This document shows positions 9,443 through 17,896 of a DNA stretch of 64,000 bases, in pieces. The notes below the pieces were generated by a model that did not search any database, was not told the DNA's origin, and worked only from the letters and a program-made list of their open reading frames with translations. The stretch covers positions 10,092-74,091 of the forward strand of contig JALSTI010000058.1 in assembly GCA_026983795.1 (NCBI GenBank), written 5' to 3'. How positions within the stretch are numbered: position 1 is the first letter of the stretch; each line of letters starts with the position of its first letter. Made by a program: the position numbers and the translations under genes. Source of the DNA: Melioribacteraceae bacterium (GTDB lineage: Bacteria > Bacteroidota > Ignavibacteria > Ignavibacteriales > Melioribacteraceae).

Positions 9443-10531
9443 CTATTTAGTTTCAGAAGCAAGAACTTCAAGAATCTCCTCTTTAAGTTTTTTAACTCTC
9501 ACAATTCTTTCTTCAACCTTTTTCAAATTGTAGTCACTTATTTTATTAATACTCAGAATTTGGTTGATTAGTTCCAATGCGTCGGAATAATGTTTTTCAT
9601 CGAATAATAGCATTGCAATTTTATGTTTTAGAATAACCGAGTTAACAGGAAACAGTTTTCCTTCTTTTTTTAACGAAGTTAATATTTTACTATAAATTTT
9701 AACGGCTTTTTGTTTATCAATACCCTCGTATGCTCTTGCAAGTCCCCACATAAAAAATCTGCTGTTTGGATATTTTTTAAGAGCATTCAAACTTAATTTA
9801 ACCGCTTCGCCGTATTTTTTTTGATCGATATAAATCCAAAGCAGCGAATTTACGGCTAAATATTTATTATACGTAAAATGATTAACCGTGCTCCGCAGCA
9901 ATTTAATTCCTTCTTTTCTATTATCTTTAACAAACGGCAACCAGCTTATAGCTTTAAGTTTGGCGCTTTTCCAATATTTGTAAATTCCTATTGCCAAATA
10001 TACTTCATAAAAATTCGAATCTATTTTTGCACATCTTTTATAATATTGAAGCGATTGAAACCCTTCTTTGAAAGCTGATAAATAATTTTGTTTCAATACC
10101 TCAAAGTATGCGCTGTAAGCAAAAGTAAGAGCCAAAAAGTAGTTATTCCAAATATTTGATTCGTTTGAATCTAATAACCTTTCACTTAAATCCATAGCCT
10201 TGTTTAAATAATTATCGATATAATTTACTTTAAGTGAGTCTTGATAATCTGCTGTTTTTGCAATGCTTACAGCTGCCAAATAAATTTTACCAAAAGGCAG
10301 CAAAGGGTAATTTTCGTCCAATTTGTTAAATATTCTATTTGCATCCGAATAATGCTGAGTAATTATGAAATCAATACCTTTTATAATTAAGGAATCAACT
10401 TTAGGATTAGGAAAGTGCTGCGCAAATAGTATACTGTTTGTTAAAATAAGAAAGGTTAATATTTGCTTATAATGTACCAAAGGTTCTGTCTCCCGCATCT
10501 CCCAAACCAGGAAGAATATATCCGTTTTCAT
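9443..10531 (-). CDS. Secreted TPR-like repeat protein, function unknown
   Basis: The 362-aa ORF has a signal-like segment (ILTFLILTNSILFAQ) and helical repeats with TPR character. The start is uncertain: ATG 10531, ATG 10498 and TTG 10480 all overlap the 3' end of upp. Confidence 0.5.
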   Translation of the reverse strand: MKTDIFFLVWEMRETEPLVHYKQILTFLILTNSILFAQHFPNPKVDSLIIKGIDFIITQHYSDANRIFNKLDENYPLLPFGKIYLAAVSIAKTADYQDSLKVNYIDNYLNKAMDLSERLLDSNESNIWNNYFLALTFAYSAYFEVLKQNYLSAFKEGFQSLQYYKRCAKIDSNFYEVYLAIGIYKYWKSAKLKAISWLPFVKDNRKEGIKLLRSTVNHFTYNKYLAVNSLLWIYIDQKKYGEAVKLSLNALKKYPNSRFFMWGLARAYEGIDKQKAVKIYSKILTSLKKEGKLFPVNSVILKHKIAMLLFDEKHYSDALELINQILSINKISDYNLKKVEERIVRVKKLKEEILEVLASETK

Positions 10532-11096
10532 TTAGTTCCCTGTCAAGTACGGCAGTATAAATTTTTACGTCGGGGTGATCCCGTTCCATTTTTCTTACGC
10601 CTTCGGGAGCAGAAATTAAACAAGCAAGCGAACAATCGCGTGCTCCCTTTTGTTTCAAGAACGAAAAAGCAGCAGATGCGCTGCCTCCGGTGGCTAACAT
10701 TGGGTCCAAAACAATTGTTTTAGACGTGTTCAATTCTTTTGGGGTTTTGTAGTAATACGTTCTTGGCTCGAGGGTTTTTTCATTCCTTTCCATCCCTATA
10801 TGACCGACTTTTGCGTTAGGAATCATTTCCACAAAGGAATTCACCATACTAAGTCCCGCACGGAGCACGGGAACGAGTACGATTTGATGCTCCAGTGAAT
10901 GACCTATTGTTTTTTCCAACGGAGTTTCCACTTCACATTCCACCGTTCGAAACTCTTGTTTTGCAATTTCCGAAGCCAAAATGAACGAGATTCTTCTTAA
11001 AGCTAAACGGAATTGGTATTCCTTGGTTCGTTTATCCCGCAAATATGTAACGTCTCTTTTTACTAACGGGTTATTAATAATAATAAGATTTTTCAT
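10467..11096 (-). CDS. upp: Uracil phosphoribosyltransferase
   Basis: The 209-aa ORF has the PRPP-binding loop VLDPMLATGGSA and the C-terminal uracil-binding signature YILPGLGDAGDRTFGT. Confidence 0.93.
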   Translation of the reverse strand: MKNLIIINNPLVKRDVTYLRDKRTKEYQFRLALRRISFILASEIAKQEFRTVECEVETPLEKTIGHSLEHQIVLVPVLRAGLSMVNSFVEMIPNAKVGHIGMERNEKTLEPRTYYYKTPKELNTSKTIVLDPMLATGGSASAAFSFLKQKGARDCSLACLISAPEGVRKMERDHPDVKIYTAVLDRELNENGYILPGLGDAGDRTFGTL

Positions 11097-12466
11097 TTAA
11101 TTTTATCCTTAATTTTTCTTCCTAAAACCGAAAGCAAATTAATAAAAGGTGAACTGGGAGGTGTGTAATTAAAATTTAGTTTATGCAGTACTCTTGCATC
11201 AATTTTTTCGTGTATAAATGCCGAAATTAAATCTGCATATCCGGTTACTTCCCGTCCCCCCAAAAATGAGGCACCTAATATAATTTTCTTTTCCGTATCA
11301 AAAATAATTTTACCGAACACTTTTTTACTATCCGGCATTACAGGCACTATATTATTTGCAAATCCGTAAACAAAATCGGAGTGAATTGAATAATTTCTTG
11401 CTTGCTCAAAATTTAAACCTACCGAGGCATAAACATTCGAGAAAATTTTAACCGCCGTATTTTTAATAACCGGATGAATATGCATGTTCCCGCCTACAGC
11501 GTTTTCCCCTGCAATATGTCCATGTTCGTGCGCTAATGTAGCAATCGGCAAATAATCGAATTTGCCGGTTATTTTATTGGGAACTTCAATATTATCTCCC
11601 GCGGCAAAAATATTGGGATCGGATGTTTTTAGTTTGGTATCTACGCGCAAACCGCCAAAATCACCTGTTTTCAATTTAGTGCTTAAAGCCAAATCATTAT
11701 TCGGTACAAAGCCGGCTGCTACTACTGCCATATCAAAAGTAATAAATCTGCCTTTATATTTAATCCCTTTAAGTCTTTCGGAATTTGTTTGGAACATGGT
11801 GTTTTTGCTGTTTCCTAAAAATTTAACTCCGGTTTTGTTAAGAACGTTCAATATTAAATTCTGAATTTCCGGTTCCGCTCCCGGAAAAGGCAATCCGGCT
11901 AACTCTAAAATGGTCACTTCTTTCCCCAACTTAATAAAAGATTCCGCAGCTTCAAGACCAATGTAACCCGCTCCTAATATCAAAACTTTTTTTACATCAT
12001 TCAAAGACAAATATGATTGAATATCGATTAACTCTTTTACGCTTTTCAAATGGAAAACATTTACAAGGGATACGGAAAGGTTTGGAATTTCTTTCGGTTT
12101 TGAACCTGTAGTTAGAATCAATTTGTCGTAGTTTTCTTCAAATCTTTTTCCGTCAATAATATTAACAATGGTTATTTTTTTATTTTTTCTGTCAATCTTT
12201 TCAACAAAATGTTTAGTATAAACTTCCACTCCTTTTTTTAGAAAGAATGATTTTTCGTCGAAGTAGACAATGTTTTTATAATCGTGAATTATCTTTGAAA
12301 GCACATAAGGCAACTCACAAGTTCCGGTTGAAATAAACTTTCCGGCTTCGTACAATTTGACGGTGGAATTAGGACTAAGCCTTTTAGCTTTTGCGGCGGC
12401 GGCAGGTCCAGCAGCATTTCCTCCAACAATAATTATTTTCTGTCTTCCGGTTTGAGTTTTTAACAT
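11093..12466 (-). CDS. FAD-dependent pyridine nucleotide-disulfide oxidoreductase (CoA-disulfide reductase / NADH oxidase family)
   Basis: The 457-aa ORF has the FAD fold IIIVGGNAAGPAAAAKAKR and a single redox Cys in STGTCELPY. An NAD(P) fold (VLILGAGYIGLEAAE) and AAGDN are also present. It overlaps upp by 4 nt. Confidence 0.75.
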   Translation of the reverse strand: MLKTQTGRQKIIIVGGNAAGPAAAAKAKRLSPNSTVKLYEAGKFISTGTCELPYVLSKIIHDYKNIVYFDEKSFFLKKGVEVYTKHFVEKIDRKNKKITIVNIIDGKRFEENYDKLILTTGSKPKEIPNLSVSLVNVFHLKSVKELIDIQSYLSLNDVKKVLILGAGYIGLEAAESFIKLGKEVTILELAGLPFPGAEPEIQNLILNVLNKTGVKFLGNSKNTMFQTNSERLKGIKYKGRFITFDMAVVAAGFVPNNDLALSTKLKTGDFGGLRVDTKLKTSDPNIFAAGDNIEVPNKITGKFDYLPIATLAHEHGHIAGENAVGGNMHIHPVIKNTAVKIFSNVYASVGLNFEQARNYSIHSDFVYGFANNIVPVMPDSKKVFGKIIFDTEKKIILGASFLGGREVTGYADLISAFIHEKIDARVLHKLNFNYTPPSSPFINLLSVLGRKIKDKIK

Positions 12467-12568
12467 TTCATCCCATTAAAATGATTAAATAATTATTGTA
12501 ATTTAAATATTTTTTTTCTGACTTGGGAGACGGAAACAAATATTAAAAAACGAACCGTTTTACAGTAA

Positions 12569-13882
12569 TTATTTTTCCTTAAGACTGACTGAAATTGGAA
12601 CGCCGAAAAATCCGAAATGTTTTCTTATTATCTTTTCCAAAAATCTTCTATAGTGTTGGGGAATTTCTCCAACATCATTTGCAAAGAAGATAAAAATAGG
12701 ATATTTATCTCCCACCTGAGTAACGTATTTAATTTTAATTTCCCTTCCTCTTTTTGTAGAAGGCGGAGGATTTTTATTTATTTCCGGAAGTAATGTATCA
12801 TTCAAAACCGAAGTTGAAATTTTTTTAGACCTTTCCGATTTAATTTGTTTGGATAGTTCTATTAATTTGGTTATTCTTTTTTTGGTTAACGCAGAAATAA
12901 AAATTATGGGAACATAATCAATAGAACCGAGTTTAGTTCTAATTTTATCTTCATATTCTTTGGCAGTATTTGTTTCCTTACTAATTAAATCCCATTTATT
13001 TACCGCTAAAATAATTCCTTTTCTTCTTCTTACCGCTTCTTGTATAATTCTTTGATCCTGTTTTTCCAAACCCAATTGGGCATCGAGTAAAATAACGGCT
13101 ACATCGCATTCACCGAGCGCTCTATAAGTTCTAACATTAGAATAAAATTCCAAATTTTCTTTAACACGCGCTTTTCTTCTCAATCCGGCAGTATCAACAA
13201 GAATTATTTCTTCCCCGTAATATTTCAGAACGGAGTCCAAACTGTCTCTTGTAGTACCGGGAATGTCCGTAACAATACTTCGTTCCTTACCAAGAAGCGC
13301 ATTGGTTAACGACGATTTACCCACATTAGGTCTGCCTACAATAGAGATTTTCAATTTGTTTTCATTTTCGAGTTCAGATTCACTAAAGGATAAAGTTTCA
13401 ATTAAATCATCCAGAACATCCCCAATATTTCTTCCATTTATGGCGGAAATATCATAAATATTTTTCAGACCCAAGGAAAAGAAGTCGGTTTTTAACGAAG
13501 CATATTTTTCCGTATCCGCTTTATTTACGAGTAAAAAATAAGGCTTATGGGAAGTACGGAGTAAATTTGCCACTTCAATATCAATAGGATTTACGCCAAC
13601 CCTCGCATCGGTTAAAAATAAAATGGCATCGGCTTCTTCCAAAGCAATATGTACCTGTTCCCTAATCGCCGCTTCAAATTGATCGGCAGAATCCGGAACG
13701 TAACCTCCGGTATCCATTAATCTGAACATTTTACCGTTCCATTCAACTTCACCGTAAATTCTATCGCGCGTAACTCCGCTAACATCGTCTACAATTGAAT
13801 TTTTAGATTTGGTTAATCTGTTAAAAAGCGTGGATTTACCGACGTTCGGTCTGCCTATTATAACAACGAGAGGAATTTTCAT
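12569..13882 (-). CDS. der: Ribosome-associated GTPase Der (EngA)
   Basis: The 437-aa ORF has two tandem G domains (GRPNVGKSTLFN and GRPNVGKSSLTN, each with DTGG/DTAG and NKxD). A KH-like C-terminus follows. Confidence 0.94.
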   Translation of the reverse strand: MKIPLVVIIGRPNVGKSTLFNRLTKSKNSIVDDVSGVTRDRIYGEVEWNGKMFRLMDTGGYVPDSADQFEAAIREQVHIALEEADAILFLTDARVGVNPIDIEVANLLRTSHKPYFLLVNKADTEKYASLKTDFFSLGLKNIYDISAINGRNIGDVLDDLIETLSFSESELENENKLKISIVGRPNVGKSSLTNALLGKERSIVTDIPGTTRDSLDSVLKYYGEEIILVDTAGLRRKARVKENLEFYSNVRTYRALGECDVAVILLDAQLGLEKQDQRIIQEAVRRRKGIILAVNKWDLISKETNTAKEYEDKIRTKLGSIDYVPIIFISALTKKRITKLIELSKQIKSERSKKISTSVLNDTLLPEINKNPPPSTKRGREIKIKYVTQVGDKYPIFIFFANDVGEIPQHYRRFLEKIIRKHFGFFGVPISVSLKEK

Positions 13883-13893
13883 ATCACCATCTA

Positions 13894-14760
13894 TTAAAAT
13901 CTGAAACTAATATTCAAGCGAGGATAGTGTTCGACAAAATATCCAATTTTAATTTTCTCGATTGTAACTGACGTTTTTAAATTTTTATTAATTTGATGAG
14001 CCGACCAAGCGGATTCCAGTGCCGAAACAAAATGATTTACGACAATTCCGATAACAGCCCATTTGGCAACGTCGTAAAAATCGTTAGCTTTACCGCGTTG
14101 TTTGGAATAATAAATAAATTCATTAGTAAGCGGATCGCCGAAAACATAAGGTTTGGTTTCATCATCGCCAAATTCATCCCAACCAACGTTAAACTGCGAA
14201 TACTTTCCAATCATTTCGAAATATTGCTGTTCCCCAAAGCGCGCTAAGCGGTGGGAATACCAACTACCGATATCTCCTTCCAATCTATTCAGTTCGTTCC
14301 AATTTACATTACCGTTATTATCAAAAACCCCGTATTGCGAAGGATCTATATTCGGATTAATTTTATCGGCATTAGCCAGCGTCCACCTAGCGTATCTTTT
14401 AACATCCCAATGTTGATTTGCATAATTTTCAAAAAACGCAGTTTGATCATCACCTTTTTTATCGTAAATCAATCCTACCGTAATTGCGGCGGCTTCAACG
14501 CCAAGATAAACGGCAGTTTTTAGATATTGTTTATTGTAGAAACTTCCCGCCCCCGGAATTGCAAAAGATAAAACTCCCGCAAGAAGCGGCGATTTTCTGT
14601 TTCCCTTTGATATATTTGCATTTTGACCGGAATTTATATTATTAATATTTTGAATATTAATTTTTGAATCCATTAATAAATTTCCGGAATAGACCAATTT
14701 GCTTTTTTGAGCAAATACCGCTGAGCTGAGCAGCAGTAGAAAATAGAGTTTAGTTTTCAT
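13894..14760 (-). CDS. Secreted / outer-membrane-associated protein of unknown function
   Basis: The 288-aa ORF has a signal peptide (LLLLSSAVFAQ). One hydrophobic segment (SPLLAGVLSFAIPGAGSFYNKQYLK) is reminiscent of DUF5683-type proteins. The C-terminus ends in an aromatic residue (LNISFRF). Confidence 0.55.
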   Translation of the reverse strand: MKTKLYFLLLLSSAVFAQKSKLVYSGNLLMDSKINIQNINNINSGQNANISKGNRKSPLLAGVLSFAIPGAGSFYNKQYLKTAVYLGVEAAAITVGLIYDKKGDDQTAFFENYANQHWDVKRYARWTLANADKINPNIDPSQYGVFDNNGNVNWNELNRLEGDIGSWYSHRLARFGEQQYFEMIGKYSQFNVGWDEFGDDETKPYVFGDPLTNEFIYYSKQRGKANDFYDVAKWAVIGIVVNHFVSALESAWSAHQINKNLKTSVTIEKIKIGYFVEHYPRLNISFRF

Positions 14761-14766
14761 AATTTT

Positions 14767-17700
14767 TTATATGTTAAAATCAAATAAAATTCCGCCGTAA
14801 AATTGCCATTCTTTCCCGTAAGTTACCGTTTCGTTAAAAACGTTCCTCGTAAATTTATCGAAGGCATATGAAGCATTAAAGAACAAGCTTGTCGGGAATA
14901 AATAAAACGAATTCATTTTTATTCTAATTTCCGCTCCGGCTCCTTTTTTAAATTCTTTTGCTTCGGGGAAAGGACCGCTCCAAGCATTACCAATATCGGC
15001 ATAAACCGATAAAAATATTTTATCCAAGTAAATATGTCCAATTCTTGTATCAATATGCGTTAACAGAGGGAATCTGTAAGTTAGGTTAAACCAACCAATT
15101 TCATTTCCACTAACAGCGTAAAAGGGATATGATTTCATACCGACTAACCCGCCTAAATAAAAATCGAAAAAATCCGGAACGGTTGGACCGAGAATAGACC
15201 CCGCTCTAATTCTTGCCGTTAATGTATGTCCTTTAATAATTGATAAATGTTCTTCCCAATTTAATTCAACGCGGTGAAAATTAAAATTTTTAAATATCGG
15301 AACCAGAATTCCATTATCAACCTTATATTCGCTATCAGGATTATATTTATTAAACTCGTAGTTATATTTGAATTCAAAAGCTCTTCCTACAGGATTAATA
15401 TCGGAATCAACATTCGGAATAAAACTTTTATGTGAAAATTTCACCTCAAGATTTCTTCCGATAAAATATTCATCGCTTGTACTTGGGTACAATTGAGTTG
15501 TATTGGGAAAAATAAAACTTCCCAACGCTGCCGTATAATCGCTAAAACTGAATTTCAATTGAAGTTCGTTTTTTTTCGAAAATATTTTTTGTTTTGCGGA
15601 CAGGTCGACTTCAAACAAATTATAAGTAACATCCGTTTTAACAACGCTTTCATATTTAGGCGGATTGGTAGTTCTATCAACTCCGAAGAAAATATCTACA
15701 TCCGCTTTTCTGCTTACGCTAAACAGGTCTAAAGACAGTTCCGGTTTAATTCCCAAATCGTATAGTAAAGGAAGTTTGTTGCGGTAAATAAAATTCAAAA
15801 ATAAATCCCGCTCGCCCCTTGTATTTATAGAACCCCCGGCAAACAAACTGTATCTGTTTAACATATCGGTAGAACCGACATATAATCCCGGTTTGATTTT
15901 ATCTATAGTGGAGTTAGATGTATTATAATTATCATAGCGTATAAAAGGTAAAAAAGTCATTCTTGTAAAAAATCCGCCGTATTTTTCGGCTTTATAATCG
16001 GGCAGTTTTGTATCGTCAAAATTTCTAAGTTTCTTAAAATACGAATCACTAAAATCATTTAATCTTTTACCTTCGGTTGAATAGACAGGATCCCAAACGT
16101 ATCTTGCTTTGTTTGAAACCGTTTGTTGATCCTTCTTTTTCAATAAAAATATTTTGTAACCCGTGGATTTATATCCGGCATAAACAATATCGCCGTTAGA
16201 ATTAACGGAAGGCATAAAAGCACCACCAAGCACGTTAGTCTTTTGAATTCTAGTATTAGTTTCCGGGTCTACCTTTACAATATTGAATATGGAATATCTA
16301 TCGGTTGTAAAATACAAAAATCCGTCGGCGCCGAATGTAGGATTCCGTTCATCTACATCTTGCGAATCAGCAATAAATTTAAAGTTACTTCCGTCGGAAT
16401 CAACACGCGCTATATCTCTGCTGTCTCTGTTCGAGTATCCAAAGACAATATATTTATCGCCGGGTGAAAATTTAGGATTATAAACTTGTTCGCCGTGTTC
16501 AAAAAATGTTAGCTTTTTAAAGTTCTTCCCGTTAATATTAATTATACCAATATTCGAGGTTCCGTCTTTTTGAAAAACGAACACAATTTGTTTACCGTTA
16601 TGCGAAATTGAAGGATTATTTGCACGTAATCCGAATGTTATCCGTGTTTCTTCATCGTTTGCAATATTGTATTTATACACATCGTGAATTTTTCGCCAGT
16701 GCGGGTTATCAGTACTCAGCTTTGAGTATATTATAAATTTGTCATCCGGAGTTAAACTTAACGAAGAGCGTATTCCCTCTTTAATAAGTTTCTCCTTCCC
16801 ATTTGCAATATCGTATTGGTAGATGGATGATTGTGAAAAATAATCTGCATTTTTGTTTGAGACGTAATAAATTTTTGTTCCGTCATTAGAAAAAACCGGA
16901 TAAAAATTACCGAACCCAACACCGGCAATTTCATTACCGACAATCAAGTTTTTTCTGAGGAGCCGGGTTTGCTGCCTGTATTTCTTTTTTAGCAAGTCTG
17001 TCCATTCTTTATAAATTTCATTACCGCTTTTACCCAGAACATCTTTGAATGCCGCATCAATAGTGAAATTAGTAAGTTTTGACAATTTTTTGGTAATTTC
17101 CCTAAGTTTAATTTGACCGTACTTTTGAGCTATATAACGCGTTAATGCAAAACCGGAATTGTAAACCGATTCATTACCGAGACTTGTTTTTCCAAAAACA
17201 CCCATTTGATTCCAGGTTAAAAAGTTATTCTCAAGCGCATAACTTCTTAAAATCATATCACGATGCGTATCCCAATAATCATATTTAAATTCCGGTCTCA
17301 TATATTGGGCAGTTCCTTCTGCAAACCAAGCAGGAACATTAATTGTAGCTAAAGGATATGAAACAATAACATTCGGAAATCCGTAAAGAATATCGGGTCT
17401 TCTTTTATCTTCATAGTTTAAAAACTGAAGATAAAATGCGGGAATTGATCTATTAAGTTTCATTGCCGATTGAATTTGCACCATGTGAGTAAACTCGTGA
17501 GAAATCACATTCCGTAACCAATTGTGAGTTCCTCTTAAATCAAAGTCCAATGCCGACGCCCAAATTTCAATTTTATTATCAAAAAAATAAGTTGCGCCGT
17601 TAGAGTAATCGTCGATATCCTTTATTACAAAATGCACAATATCCGGTTTATAATTATACAATGAGGTTATCGGTTCCCAAACTTCGTCGGCAATTTTCAG

Positions 17701-17859
17701 AACGGTTTTTGCCGTCCGCTCTGCGCCTTCATGATAATGGACGTAAAAATGTTTGCCTTTAATAGTATACCAATTAAAGTCCGGCTCATATTCGTTAAAT
17801 TGAGCAAAGATTAAATTTTGCGCAATCAGCAAAAAAGCAATAGAAATTATTTTTTTCAT
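14767..17859 (-). CDS. Large envelope protein: N-terminal HExxH (MA-clan-like) domain, TolB/PD40-type beta-propeller repeats and a C-terminal Omp85/surface-antigen-like beta-barrel
   Basis: The 1030-aa ORF has a signal peptide and HEFTH at aa 121-125 (nt 17485-17499). The middle shows PD40-like repeats (FSNDGTKIYYVSN, LTPDDKFIIYS, ISHNGKQIVFVF, FSPGDKYIVFGY). The C-terminal third has alternating beta-strand character and ends in an aromatic-rich terminus (WQFYGGILFDFNI). Confidence 0.65.
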   Translation of the reverse strand: MKKIISIAFLLIAQNLIFAQFNEYEPDFNWYTIKGKHFYVHYHEGAERTAKTVLKIADEVWEPITSLYNYKPDIVHFVIKDIDDYSNGATYFFDNKIEIWASALDFDLRGTHNWLRNVISHEFTHMVQIQSAMKLNRSIPAFYLQFLNYEDKRRPDILYGFPNVIVSYPLATINVPAWFAEGTAQYMRPEFKYDYWDTHRDMILRSYALENNFLTWNQMGVFGKTSLGNESVYNSGFALTRYIAQKYGQIKLREITKKLSKLTNFTIDAAFKDVLGKSGNEIYKEWTDLLKKKYRQQTRLLRKNLIVGNEIAGVGFGNFYPVFSNDGTKIYYVSNKNADYFSQSSIYQYDIANGKEKLIKEGIRSSLSLTPDDKFIIYSKLSTDNPHWRKIHDVYKYNIANDEETRITFGLRANNPSISHNGKQIVFVFQKDGTSNIGIININGKNFKKLTFFEHGEQVYNPKFSPGDKYIVFGYSNRDSRDIARVDSDGSNFKFIADSQDVDERNPTFGADGFLYFTTDRYSIFNIVKVDPETNTRIQKTNVLGGAFMPSVNSNGDIVYAGYKSTGYKIFLLKKKDQQTVSNKARYVWDPVYSTEGKRLNDFSDSYFKKLRNFDDTKLPDYKAEKYGGFFTRMTFLPFIRYDNYNTSNSTIDKIKPGLYVGSTDMLNRYSLFAGGSINTRGERDLFLNFIYRNKLPLLYDLGIKPELSLDLFSVSRKADVDIFFGVDRTTNPPKYESVVKTDVTYNLFEVDLSAKQKIFSKKNELQLKFSFSDYTAALGSFIFPNTTQLYPSTSDEYFIGRNLEVKFSHKSFIPNVDSDINPVGRAFEFKYNYEFNKYNPDSEYKVDNGILVPIFKNFNFHRVELNWEEHLSIIKGHTLTARIRAGSILGPTVPDFFDFYLGGLVGMKSYPFYAVSGNEIGWFNLTYRFPLLTHIDTRIGHIYLDKIFLSVYADIGNAWSGPFPEAKEFKKGAGAEIRIKMNSFYLFPTSLFFNASYAFDKFTRNVFNETVTYGKEWQFYGGILFDFNI

Positions 17860-17896
17860 CAGATATTTTAAACTTTAACTTAAAATCTGCCGTTTT

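Noticed and set aside
10467-10531. A 65-nt overlap between upp and the downstream TPR gene as a possible programmed overlap or frameshift.
   Set aside because: This is most simply a start-codon over-extension. In-frame alternatives at ATG 10498 or TTG 10480 sit closer to the predicted signal peptide (ILTFLILTNSILFAQ).
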